Shown: positions 1 to 11,280, numbered from the stretch's first letter. The stretch: DNA of 64,000 nucleotides from an uncultured delta proteobacterium (GCA_963766715.1 CAVYBH010000008.1:608001-672000); one strand, 5' to 3'. Notes: generated from the sequence alone by a model not told the origin. Numbers and translations are program-made.

Positions 1-92
1 GCGCGCGTCGCTCCTCGTCGTCCCTGTAGACACCGCACGTCCCCTGGATGTGTCATTCCGGGCGCCGCGGTCTTGTAACTGCACAGTGCGCA

Positions 93-1508
93 TCACTTCG
101 TGTACGTCCAGCGCTTCACGAGGCCGCAGAAGCCGCCGGTCTCGCCGTCGATGACCCAGTGGCCGGGCCAGCGCAGGTCCATCAGGTAGGCAGCGGCCGT
201 GGTGGCGAGCACCGGGACGTCCTGGCTCACCGGGCCGGGCAGGATGTTCTGCGGGGAGCCCGACGCGACGAGCGCGCGGGTGGCCGGGTCGTATCCGTAG
301 AGCGTCGCCTGCGGGTAGACCCCGATGAGCGGGGCGATCCCGACGTTCAGGGTCAGGTCGGCCGTGGTGGTGAGGTGGACCGGAGTCCCCACCGTCAGCG
401 CCGCGCCGACCGGTGGCGTGGACGCGACCGCGACGTCGGAGGGACACGGAAGCACCAGCGTGCGCTGGACGACGCGTCCCCGCGTCGTTGACGGTCGCCA
501 CCAGGACGATCCGCCCCCCGCTCCCGACCACCGGCTGGGTTCCGGCGGGATCGACGCGCCAGTAGCTTCCGTTCAGGGCCGGGTCGCGGAGCATGGGGAC
601 GCCGTTCAAGGTCACCGTGCCTCCGGCGGGGATGGCGCCCTTGTCGAGGGTGACGACGAGGAAGCCCTGCACCGAGGGCTCCCCCTTGGCGGGATCGACG
701 ACGTAGAGCCCCTGGGCCGCGCCCAGCTGGAAGCGGTTGCTGCCGGAGCCGCCTGCCGGCGGCGGGTTGGGATCGAAGGGGCCGGCGCGGGCGTTCCGGG
801 CGGCGTCGGGTTCGTCGTTCCGGCCGCGTTGACCGTGACGGTCACCGTGTCGGGTGACGAGCTCGCGTTCGCATCGGTCACCACCAGCGAGAAGACCAGC
901 GTGACGGGGCGCGACCCGCTGGCCACGGCCGGCGCCGTGAAGGTGGGGCCGGCCGACGGCGAGGAGGAGAGCGCCACCGCGGGGCCGGCGGTCTGCGTCC
1001 AGGCGTACGTGATGGCCTGGCCGTCGGGATCGTGGCTGCCGCTCCCGTCGAGCGTGACGGCCGCGCCCGACGCCACCGCCTGATCCGGCCCCGCGCTCGC
1101 CACCGGCGGAGGATTGGCCTGGGCGGCTGGACTCACCGTGACCGCAACCGTCGCGGGCGCCGAGGCGCCACTCGCGCTCGTCACCATGAGCGAGAAGGAG
1201 AGCGCGACGGCCGGCTGTCCGGCCGGGACCACGGGCGCCGTGAAGGTGGGCCGGACGGCGGACGCGCTGCTCAGGCTCGCGGCCGGACCCGAGGCCTGGG
1301 TCCACTGATAGGAAAGAGAGCCGCCGGCGGGATCGTGGCTGCCGCTCCCGTCGAGCGTCACCACCGCACCGGATGCGACCGCCTGGTCCGGCCCGGCGCT
1401 CGCCACCGGAAGCTGGGGACCCTGCTGCGCGGGGGAGGACGTTCCCCCACATGCGCCTGCGAGGACGGAGAGGACGGAGGTGAGAAGGGCGGCACGAGCG
1501 GTGGTCAT
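93..1508 (-). CDS. PKD-domain lipoprotein (two PKD-like repeats plus an unknown C-terminal domain), frameshifted
   Basis: Lipobox LAGAC; two PVASAGPDQAVASG.VTLDGSGSHDP repeats; reading continues across frameshifts (about 790-470) into ORF 93..455; ATG overlaps the inferred upstream stop (ATGA). Confidence 0.75.
828..1410 (-). repeat. Intragenic tandem duplication, two units of about 290 bp encoding PKD-like domains
   Basis: Near-identical DNA such as cgggatcgtggctgccgctcccgtcgagcgt at about 1025 and about 1328. Confidence 0.85.
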
Positions 1509-2562
1509 CGCGAGCTCCCCTGCGAGGAGGCGGGCAGTGCCCGCGCGTCCACCCTGGAAGACACATGTCGCTCCGCGCGAGCGTCAGGAATCACGCGCCC
1601 GCCTTGCTTCTGATCGTGGCCTTCGCTCACCGCCTTGAGGCGGGCGAGGCCGGCCTCCAGGCTCGACGCCGTCGATGCCCGGATCGCCGTTCAGGATCCA
1701 GGTGACGCGGGTGCCCTTCCCCTCCAGGGCGACCCGGAACTCGAGGTCGGTGCTGATGGCGCGAGGCGCGTCCAGCTGCAACTCGACCTCGACGCGGTTC
1801 GCGGCCGTGGCCGTCACCGTGGCGCGCCCCGCCCCTGCTTCCCCGGCGTCCCGCCAGAAGTAGGTGGAGCCCACGCCCGACTTCGGACCGCCGTAGGTCC
1901 GCTTCGCCCGGCTTCCGGTCCCCATCCAGGGAGACCAGGCCGCCCACCGGCGGAGATCGACGATCTGGCCGAGCACCACCTCGGGCGGGGCCTCGACCAG
2001 GATGGATCGCTCGATCCGGGCCACGGGAACGAGCGCCTGGGCCTCGGCAACCTTCTTCAGTCCATGGAGGCCCGCGTCGACCTCGCGCTCGGCCTTCTTC
2101 CGTCCGCCGAACCGCCAGAGCAGCCGGTCGAGGAGGTCGTTCTCTCCCGAGACGATCCAGGTGACCTTCGTGCCGTCGCCCGCCGGGGCGAAGGCGAATT
2201 CCAGGTCGCTGGAGGAAGGCCTGGGGGTCTCGAGCTCCCGCTCGATCTCGACGCGATCGGCGGTGGAGAGCACCACCGTCATGTGGCCCTTCCCGAGCGG
2301 TGGCTCGGCGGACCAGAAGTAGCTCGCGCCCGCGCCCTTCTCGGGTCCACCGTACCGGCGCTCCACCTTCTCCATGCCCACTTCCCGGGGCGACCACGCC
2401 ATCCAGCGCTGTGGACTGGCCACCTGGTCCACGACCGCGCCCTGGAGGCGCGTTCACGACGGCCGAGCGCTCCACCCGGTAGGTCGAGGGGCCGACGGTG
2501 GAGAGCCCCATCCCGACGACGGCGGCGGCGACGACGAACGCGGCGACGGCGATCTTCCACAT
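1505..2562 (-). CDS. Membrane-anchored protein with two SRPBCC/START-like domains, frameshifted
   Basis: N-terminal TM MWKIAVAAFVVAAAVVG; two repeats of ERS..V.APP..W.AWSP..YGGP..G.G..YFW; C-terminal LEAGLARLKAVSE after a frameshift. Stop position inferred. Confidence 0.75.
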
Positions 2563-2596
2563 GGCGCGGCCTCCTCCGGCACGTCGACGGGACATG

Positions 2597-2642
2597 AAAC
2601 GGCGGCGGCCAGGGGGCGGACCTGCCGCCCCCCGACCGCCGC
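2597..2642 (-). terminator. Putative intrinsic terminator
   Basis: GC stem GCGGCGG..GGGGGCGG/CCGCCCCC..CCGCCGC just after the stop at 2651, with a short T run on the minus strand. Confidence 0.45.
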
Positions 2643-2650
2643 GACACTGC

Positions 2651-5201
2651 CTACTGGCGGATCCGGTCCAGGCCGTGCGGCGGGCTGATGCCGCCGAGGT
2701 TGGACTTCACGACGAGCGGGGTCGCCGGAGGAACCGCGGGCTCGGGAGCCCCGACCAGGACCAGGATGTAGACCCCGCCGCCGTTGTTCGTGAACGTCGC
2801 CCCGAGCTGCGACGGGTCGAACGTGGTGCCGGTGGCCGTGACGTAGGGCTGCAGGGTCAGGACCACGTTCGGGCTGACCACCGACGAGCTGGCGTTCACC
2901 GTCAGGCGCTGCTTGCCGGTCCGGTACTCGGTGGCGGTGATGAGGACCGAGTCAGGCAGCGGATTCACGGTGACCGTGGTCGAGACCGGGGTCGCCGCCA
3001 GGCCCGCCGCGTTGTTCGTGTTGACGGTCACGGTGACGGTGGTGGACGTCGATCTGCCCGACCGGCAGGGTGGGCGCCGTGTAGGTCACGGTGACCGTGC
3101 AGGGAGACGTCGTGCAGGAGACCGGCGTCACCGACCAGGTTGATGAGGGCCGGGGTGCCGGTCTGCGACACGGTGAAGGTGAGCGGCAGCGCGGCGGCAC
3201 GTTCGGGTCGGTCGCCGCTGACGGTGTAGTGCCCGGTGGCGCCCGAGAAGACCGAGGCGTCGATGACTGGGCGGTCATGGTCGGCGTGCCGGGCGCGCTG
3301 ACGTTCACCACGGCGGTGGCCTGCGAGTGCCGCAGGCGTTCGACGCGGTCACGGTCAGGTTCACCGGTGGCCGGGCCGGTGGGGGCGGTGAAGGTCGGGT
3401 TCGCGACGGTGAGCGCCGAGAGCGTCCCCTGGCCGGCTGCGGGTGCCGTCCACCGGAAGGTGATCGGCGGCGGTGCCGGTGGCGGTGGCGGCGAGGGCCA
3501 CCGATCCGCCGCGAGGCGACGGTGTACGGCCCGCCGGGACTGGCGACGGGCGGCGTGCAGGCCGGCGTCGGGACCACGCTGCTCGGCCACGGGTTCAGCT
3601 GGCCGACGACGCGTGCCGGTGGAGGACGTGTAGCCGCCCTGTGCTCAGGAACGCGATGGTGTTGAAGTTGTTCTCGACGATGGGCGAGCCGGGGATGTTC
3701 TCGGGGAAGATGTACTCGCCGATCGGCGCGTGGTACTGGCCGTAGAAGATCCCGTTGGCCGTAGGTCGCCGCCGATCGCGTTGGCGCGGGACCTGGCACT
3801 GCAGCCCCTCGATGACGGCGCGCATCTCGCGGGTCGGCGGCAGGAAGGTGCCGCCGGAGGCGGCGTGCAGGACTTCTGGTCGGCCACGGTCGCCGTGCAG
3901 GGCGGACGGAAGCGCCAGCGCCCCTTCACCGCGCCGGTGGGCGGGCCCGGATCGACGCCGATGGTGCCCCAGTCGCGGTCGGTGGTGGCGCCGGTCAGCG
4001 GATCGAGGTCGATGCCGTAGAGGTGGACGTTGCGGGTCGGGTCGGTGGTCATGCCCTCGAACCGGGTGCGGATGGCGGCCTCTCCGGCGCCGAGGACGGT
4101 GAGCCCGCCGGTGCCGATGAGGCTCACCTCGACCGAGACGTAGGCCGGGTTGGTGCCGGGCCAGGTGTAGATGGCGACGTTGCTGATGATGGTGTGGGCC
4201 GAGACGTAGGTCGCGCTCGTCCCGGTGAGCGGGCCACGGACCGGTCGTCGGCGTGGCCGGCGTCCTGTCACCAGCGTGCCGGCGAAGGTCACGTAGTCGC
4301 CGACCTCCATGGGCGCCTGCTTGGTGGCGTCGGGAGGACGCCGGGCAGGCGACCGGATCGTTCATCTGGATGATGGCGGGAAGCCGCGGCGGCCGGTGGC
4401 CGGTTCGACTGCGGGCAGAGCGGGTCCGGCGTGCGACGCGCTCGGGGCGACCCGCGGGAAGCACATCGGGAAGCCGGTGGCCGAGCGTGATGGTCGGGAT
4501 TGGCGTCGTCGACGGCGAAGCGCGGAGTCGGGGACGTGGTGGCGCGGCCGAAGCGGCCCAGCGGGTCGTTGATCCGCACCCGGGTGCCGGTGCAGTTGGC
4601 GCCGCCTGCCGCCGTGTTGCCGGCGGTCGGCGTCAGCCGGGATCGGGGATATCCGCCGACCCGCATCTCGCCGAGGGCGTAGTCCATGAAGTTGATGAAG
4701 CCGGCGCCGGCGTTCAGGTCCTGCTGGGGATGTGGATGAGGCCGGCGATGTAGACGTCGGCTCCTCCCGTCCCGCCGAGCACCCGGTTGCCGGTGACGTG
4801 CGCCTCGTAGGTGGTGAGGGGCGCCGGGATGTCGGCCAGCGCCATGCCGGTCGCGACGCCGGTGTACGGCGCCGGCGCCAGCGCGAAGAGCTCCTGCCAG
4901 GTGAAGGCGCGTGGCCGGCAGGATCACGATGGTCTCCGACGGCACGATGATGGTGTGGCCGTTCACCTTGATGATGCCGCCCTGGTGGGCCCCGACGCCC
5001 GGACCCACGTTGAGCCCGGAGGTTCCGGCCCCCAGGGTCGCCTCCTGGATGAACCCGGTGATGTCGAACTGGGTGGACGCCGGCATGGGCAGCTGGGCCT
5101 GCGCCGGGACCGCGACCGCATCGCGGCGAGGACCGCCGCGAGCGATCGCCAGCCCGTTCCTCTTCGATCCTTCGCATCCAACTCGAGACCTGGCTTTTCA
5201 T
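2651..5201 (-). CDS. Large secreted beta-rich protein of unknown function (about 850 aa, PKD/Ig-like C-terminal part), heavily frameshifted
   Basis: RBS AAGGGAG before ATG 5201; signal-like N-terminus ending AQAQ; coherent segments in ORFs 4289..5086, 3645..4310, 3595..4464, 3305..3799, 2952..3590 and 2651..3031. Confidence 0.7.
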
Positions 5202-5772
5202 TTTGATGCTCCCTTGTTCTGCGCCGGCGTACCGGACCACCTCGGCACCCGGCTCGATGTCGGGTGCGGCGTGAAGCAACGGTGATCGTCGTCCATCGGC
5301 CACGTCAGTCCCTCCCGCACGGGACGCGTCGTGCCGCCGAGGAGCCTGGCTCCGGAGGCACTCCCGGATCTCGATGCAGGTGCATGGGAATGGATGCATC
5401 GGCGCGCGAGCGCACGCTGCGGGCTGACTTGCCGGGGCACGGCTTCCTCTCCCGGGCGCGACTCGACCCGGCCGGATGGACGATCCCGCCTCGGGCAGGA
5501 ACGGTGGGGACGGGGCCGCCGGCAGGCCATCCCCCGCTCGGGTCATCCGTCCCTCGGCGGTGGCGGCGGTCCGGCACCCTTCACCGGATGGCGAACGTTT
5601 GCTTGCGCTTCCGGGCCGGAGCCTGTCTCCGCGTCGCGGGACTGGGGTCTTCCGCGATCGTCGTCAGCGTTCAGGCGTTCCAGGACGTCCCCGGGTCGCG
5701 AGGACTCGGGGACGTGTTCCGGGGAGGTCGGGCCACCAACGACTCGACCAAGAGTCAAAAAGGGGAATCCAG

Positions 5773-7874
5773 ATGAAGACCAGGAGATCGAAGAACCAGC
5801 CGAGGAACCCTGGCGGCATGAGCCGCCGGGACATGCTCAAGATCACCGCGGCGACGGGCGTCGCGGCGGCCGCCGCCTCCGTCGCCGGCCCGGCGCACGC
5901 CAAGGGCGGTGGGGGGTGGCGGGGGCGGTGGGACGACCGGGCACGTGCACCGGGCCTCCAGGCCATCGAGGCGTTCCCGACGAGCCCGCTCATCCTGAAC
6001 CCGTTCACCGATCCGCTGCCGGTGCCGCAGGCGGCCCGGCCGGTGGACACGAGCAAGTGGACGAACAAGCCCAGCGGGGCGTCCGGGTGCCAGGACTCGG
6101 ACGGCTACACCCACCAGATGTGGCCGGGCCAGGCGGGCACCGTCTGCGCCAACATGCCGCAGCCGATCATCTACCAGAACAAGCTGCAGGTGGCGGCCCA
6201 CAGCTTCACGTCGTCACCGGTGCGGACGCTCGTCCCCTACACCAACACGAAGGGGAAGGTGGTGCCGGCCGGCACCGTGGTGTCGAGGCTGCCGGCCAGC
6301 ACCATCTACGGCTTCAACGGCAAGTTCCCCGGCCCCATGATCAACGCCGAGTACGGGAAGCCCTGCCTCGTCCGCTTCGAGAACCACCTCGACGAGAACC
6401 CGCTGAACCTCGACCGCGGCGACTTCGGCGCGCCCGACTGGACGTTCCTCACCCACCTGCACAACGCCCACACCGCGGCCGGAGAGCGACGGCAACCCGC
6501 ACTACAAGATGGGCGGCCTACGACACGCCCGGCGGCTGGGTCGACAACCTCTACCTGAACTACCCGGCGGGCGAACGACGAGGCGCGAGAAGCAGTCCTT
6601 CTTCTGGTTCCACGACCACAAGATGGACCACACCGGCGCCAACGTCTACAAGGGCATGGTCGGCCTGTACCCGATCTACGACCCGGTGTCCTCGACTCCG
6701 GGTGACGAGACCAAGGGGCTGCGCCTGCCCGGCGTCCGCACCAACAACCCCGACGGCACGTTCGACGTGAAGTACGACATCCCGCTGGTCTTCTACGACT
6801 GCCGCCTCGACGACGGCGCCACCCCGCACCAGGACATCCACAACGGCTGCGGCGAGGTCCACCCCGAGTGGTGGGGCAAGACCTTCTTCCAGCCACTTCC
6901 CGAACCACGGCTTCGTGGGCGACATCTTCACCGTGAACGGGACGGCCTACCCGGTCCTCACCGTCAACCGGCGCAAGTACCGCTTCCGCTTCCTCGACGG
7001 CCGCCGTCTCGCGCGCAGTTCGAGGTCGACGCTCATGAAGTCGTCCGGCGGCCCGAAGTCGGCCGTGTCGCTCGGCTACGGCGGCGACGAGCTCGAGGGG
7101 CAGTGGCGCATCCAGGACGGCGTCACCTGCATGAGCTTCATGCAGATCGCCTCGGGCGGCGGCCTCCTGCCGAGCGCCATTCCCCGGACCAGCATCGAGA
7201 ACTGGCCGGCCATGCGCCACGAGATCGTCGTCGACTTCACGAAGTACCTGGACGGCACGCCGACCACGAAGGGCGACGTCATCTACCTGACGAACATCTG
7301 AAGATGCCGGACGGGCGTGAGGCCGCCAACAACTCCCGGATCGGGCTCGACCCCCGGTACAAGATCCCGCTCCTCAAGATCGTCATCGGGAACGACGCAC
7401 CGGACAACAGCGTCATGCCGACGGCGAACACGATCCTGCGTCCGCAGCCGAAGCTCCCGGACCTGTCGACGCTCCCGACCCGCACCTTCGAGCTGCAGCG
7501 CGGCGGGTTCGGCGGCGAGATCGAGTGGCTCATCAACGGCCAGCCGTTCGACCCGGTCCGTCGCCGCTCGCGACGGTGAAGCAGGGCGCAGCCGGAGATT
7601 CTGGGTCATCAAGAACGGCGGCGGCGGCTGGACCCACCCGATGCACCTCCACATGGAGGAGCACCACGTCCTCACGCGGAACGGGCAGCCGGCCACGTCG
7701 GTCCCGGGTCACCAGGACGACACCGGGAAGGACGACGTCATCGCCCTCGACCCGTCGGAGGAGGTGGTGGTGGTCCGGAACTTCCGGACCTTCACCGGGA
7801 ACTACGTGGCCCACTGCCACAACCTGGCGCACGAGGATCACGCCATGATGTTCGGCTGGACCCTCGCGAAGTAG
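5773..7874 (+). CDS. Tat-exported three-domain multicopper oxidase (copy 1), frameshifted
   Basis: Tat motif SRRDMLK; copper motifs THLHNAH, WFHDH, HPMHLH, HCHNLAHEDHAMM; RBS AGGGGA. Confidence 0.93.
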
Positions 7875-7911
7875 GCGGCGACGGAACCGTCGAGGGGGGC
7901 AAGGAGTGGGA

Positions 7912-8466
7912 CTAGCGGGCCGCGCCCCAGGTCGGGGACGGCGCGTGTCCCTCGACGGCTTCGGAACCATGTCGGACCAGGAACTCACGGGCCCTCTCGA
8001 CGAATCTCGCGAGCTTGCGCGAGACGGTCCGCGGCGAGATGCCGAGCAGGCTCGCGACCTCCTCGTGTTCCATCCCATCCACGAAGACGCCCACGGCGAC
8101 CGCCTGGGTCACGGCGTCGAAGCGGGACAGGACGGCCTGGGCAAGTTGCCTTTCCGGGTACGCATCGGGGCGGTCCCCGTGCGCGATGGCCACCACGTCG
8201 AGGCCCTCGGCGAGGGCGTCCTCTCCGCGCCTGCGCGCGTTGCGGCGGAGGTTCAGGCAGTGGTTCATCGCCACCCGGTAGATCCAGGGGAGCAGCGTGG
8301 CCCGGTCCTTGAGCCGGTCCGCGTCGCGGAGCAGCTTCACGAACACCTCCTGGGTGGCGTCGTCGGCTCCGGCCTTGTCGCCGAGGAGGCGGAGGCATCG
8401 GCGGTACACCAAGGGCCCGAACTCCCTGTAGATGCGCGCGACCTGGCTTTCGTCGACTGGCTTCAT
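7912..8466 (-). CDS. ECF RNA polymerase sigma-70 factor
   Basis: Region 2 ADDATQEVFVKL..WIYRVAMNHCLN; region 4 GMEHEEVASLLGISPRTVSRKLAR. Confidence 0.9.
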   Translation of the reverse strand: MKPVDESQVARIYREFGPLVYRRCLRLLGDKAGADDATQEVFVKLLRDADRLKDRATLLPWIYRVAMNHCLNLRRNARRRGEDALAEGLDVVAIAHGDRPDAYPERQLAQAVLSRFDAVTQAVAVGVFVDGMEHEEVASLLGISPRTVSRKLARFVERAREFLVRHGSEAVEGHAPSPTWGAAR

Positions 8467-8731
8467 CCGCACTCCCTGGCCGGCCAACCTGGGCCGGAGA
8501 TCTTTCTCGAGCACCGGGTCGGGTAAGTGGAGCGACTCGGTCAACATTTACGTGCGATCCCATTCTTGCACCGGCCGTCCAGGGGATTGCCCGTACCGCT
8601 ACCGTGGTACGCGGACGACGAGTAAACCATGGAAATCAGGTAAGTAAACGTATCTCGGGTCTCGAAGCAGGGCCTTCGTCGGACCTGGCCTGGATCGCCA
8701 AACCGACCGCCCTCAGGAAGCAAAACGAAAG

Positions 8732-8745
8732 TTGACCTTTATCAA
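8732..8745. promoter_or_regulatory. FNR/CRP-family-like binding site
   Basis: TTGAC-CTTT-ATCAA, 9/10 match to TTGAT-N4-ATCAA, in the AT-richer divergent intergenic region. Confidence 0.6.
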
Positions 8746-8877
8746 TTCTTGATGGGATCCCACCCCGGCCGCGGCCTCGCGAGAGTTCACCGATAGTTAA
8801 TCCGGACCGCGAAGTCCCTCTTGGGGCGTGCGGGCGGAGAAACGATCGCGAGGTGTCGCTAGAAGTACCCGTCCAGC

Positions 8878-9545
8878 ATGAGCACCCGGCAATCCAGGTC
8901 AGTCCTCGTCGTCGGCGCCGGCAACCTCGGCGGCCCGGCGGCCCTCACGCTCGCCTCCGCGGGCGTGGGACGGATCACCCTCCTGGACGCCAGTGTCGTC
9001 GCGCCCCAGGACCTCTCTTCCGATCCGATCCTCGTCGAGTCGGATCTGGGTCAGTCGCGGAGCGAGGCCGCTGCACGGAGGCTGCGGCGGCTCTTCCCGG
9101 CCATCGAGGTGGAGTCCTGCGCCGATCAGGTCGCACGGAGGCGCTGCTCGACGGGCTCGTCCGATCGGCGGACGTCGTGGTGGATGCCTCCAGCGACTTC
9201 GCGGGCATGTTCGCGGTGAACGACGCCGCGATCGCGGCGGGACGGCCGCTCGTCCATGGCGGCCTGAACGGGCTCACGGTGCAACTGCTCACCATCGTTC
9301 CGCGGGTGACGGGATGCCTGCGATGCCTGTTCGAAGGACCGCCGCCGCCCGGGGCCGAGGTGGGGGTGCTGGGACCGCTGGCGGGATGGGCGGGCTCCCT
9401 CCTGGGAGCGGAGGCCGTGCGCCTGCTCGATGGCCGCCCCGGCGCCTACGCCGGTCGCCTCCTGCTCCACGAGGCGCGCCCGGGCCGCGCGCGCGAGGTG
9501 CCCGTGAAGCTTCGGCCGGACTGCACCGCCTGTGGAGCCACATGA
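8878..9545 (+). CDS. ThiF/MoeB/HesA family protein A, frameshift near 9135
   Basis: VLVVGAGNLGG..GVGRITLLD; DVVVDASSD; zinc motifs CLRC and CTAC; GVLGPLAG. Confidence 0.85.
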
Positions 9546-10237
9546 GCGGAACGGACCTCGCCGGCGACCGCTTCGCCCGTCAACGGCTCCTCGGCGGGAT
9601 CGGCGCCGACGGCCTGGAGCACGTCCGGAGCGCGCGGATCCAGGTGGTGGGAGCCGGCGCCATGGCGGGGGCCGCGCTCCTCCACCTCGCCCAGGTGGGC
9701 GTCCGGACGATCTACGTGGACGACGGCGCGGACGTCGACGGTCTCCCCGACGGCGACGGGGAATCCTGGATGTACTCCCCCGACCAGGTGGGACGGCCCC
9801 GGATCCTCGCAGCCCTCGAGGCGCTTCGGGCGGCGAGCAGCCTCGTGGAGGTCCGGCCGATCGCGTCGGACGTCGAGCCCACCGCGACGCTCGTCTGTGC
9901 GCAGCGCGAACCGGTGGCGCGCAAGGCCGCCGAGCGCGCGCGGCGGGCCGGCCTCCCGCACGTCGTCGCGCTCGCCAACGGCGACGGCGGCGTGGTGATC
10001 ACCATCCCGTCCGGCGCACCCTGCTTCGGCTGCGCCTTCCAGCCCGGGGCGCGGCTGCCGCTCCAGCCCGGCGCGGCGACCTCCCTGGGAGCGCTGTCGG
10101 CGGTCGAGCTCCTCCTCGTGGTGGCGCGCGCCCTCCCCGGGGCGGGGGGCGGGCGCCGCATCGACGTGTCGGCGGGATGGCCGAGCACGCGGCCGACGGC
10201 GCGCGTGCCGGGCTGCGACTGCGTCAACGTGTACTGA
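9542..10237 (+). CDS. ThiF/MoeB-like protein B (degenerate)
   Basis: DRFARQRLLGGIGADG..IQVVGAG; CFGC and CDC; ATGA overlap with gene A. Confidence 0.8.
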   Translation: MSGTDLAGDRFARQRLLGGIGADGLEHVRSARIQVVGAGAMAGAALLHLAQVGVRTIYVDDGADVDGLPDGDGESWMYSPDQVGRPRILAALEALRAASSLVEVRPIASDVEPTATLVCAQREPVARKAAERARRAGLPHVVALANGDGGVVITIPSGAPCFGCAFQPGARLPLQPGAATSLGALSAVELLLVVARALPGAGGGRRIDVSAGWPSTRPTARVPGCDCVNVY

Positions 10238-10261
10238 AGCGCGTCCGACCCGGCCGCCGGA

Positions 10262-11003
10262 TCACTTCCCGTAGGTGAACGGCACGGCGGCCACGGCATA
10301 GCTGCCGTCGTCGTTGGTCACGGCGATGGCCACCTGGCCGGCCCGGGCCGGCGGCGCCTCCACCGTGATCGACCGCGGCGTCCGGCCGCCACGATGCGCG
10401 CCGGGTCGAGTCCGAACATCACCTGGGCCGCCCGGAGGTTCTTTCCGCGAATGGTGACGCGCGCGCCGCCCGCGGCTGGGCCCGCGCGCGGCTGGACGTC
10501 CTCGATGACCGGTGGCGGCCGCGTCTCCGCGGCCGGATCGGGCCGCCAGGGATCCGGGGGCGGGACCACCATCTGCTGGAGCGGCTCCGGCAGTCCGGCG
10601 TTGGCGTTGAACTCGATGTCGCGAACCAGCCGCTTCATGCCCTCGGCGAGGGGCTGGGCGGCCTCACGCTCCTCCTCGCTCTCCACCTCGGCGGCCCCGG
10701 CGTCCGTCGCGAGGCTTCCGGCTTGCCCGGCGAGACCGGCCTGACCCGTCTGTAGCGGCTGACCCGTCTGGCCCACGGCCGAGGTGGACGGGAGCGCGGG
10801 GAAGGACGGCACGTCGGCAGCGGCGCGGGGGCGCGCCTCCAGCCGCGATGCACGCCCAGCCGCCGAGGCCGGGACCTGGGCCGCGCGCGCGATCGTCGGG
10901 CCAGAGCCGATCGGCCAGGTGCGTCGCTTGCCAGAAGCCCAGCCCAACCGCCGCCGAGCATCAGGGCGAAGCGGAGCGGGCCGGACTGGTACCAACGACG
11001 CAT
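10262..11003 (-). CDS. IPT/TIG-domain protein with hydrophobic N-terminus, frameshifted
   Basis: PVIEDVQPRAGPAAGGARVTIRGKNL..VMFG..IAVTNDDGSYAVAAVPFTYGK*. Confidence 0.7.
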
Positions 11004-11280
11004 CAGGGAAGACCTCGAGAGAGTGTGCTGGATTCTAGTCACCGGCACCGGCGCCTCTGGACCCAACCTCGCGTCAATTCGCGCTTACGCCCCAATGGCG
11101 GCCCGTCGCGCGACCGCGCGCCCGGATGACCGCAACGGTGGGCCTTCCGGGACCGGCCTACCCGTCCCGCGGAAGCGGTGTAGGGGGGTCGTGGGGCTAG
11201 GGTCCCCGTCGATCGTGGTCACCCTCTCGTATGCGCAACGAACACCGAGGCCCGGACCAGGAGCAGGGGAGAAGAACGAG

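Noticed and set aside
5589..5604. Sigma-54 promoter TGGCGAACGTTTGC upstream of MCO copy 1
   Set aside because: The GG-to-GC spacing is 9 nt rather than the required 10. It could only be rescued by an indel error.
7296..7301. TGA inside MCO copy 1 (and at about 26035) as possible selenocysteine
   Set aside because: The paralog has TGC-AAG, so this is a one-base deletion and the frame shifts afterwards. The 26035 case lies beside a G homopolymer.
7912..8466. CorE-like copper-sensing ECF sigma
   Set aside because: It has no Cys-rich C-terminal domain.
8547..8877. c-di-GMP/cGAMP (GEMM) or Moco riboswitch
   Set aside because: I found no recognisable consensus such as GCAAACC..GAAA..GGGACGCAAAGC.
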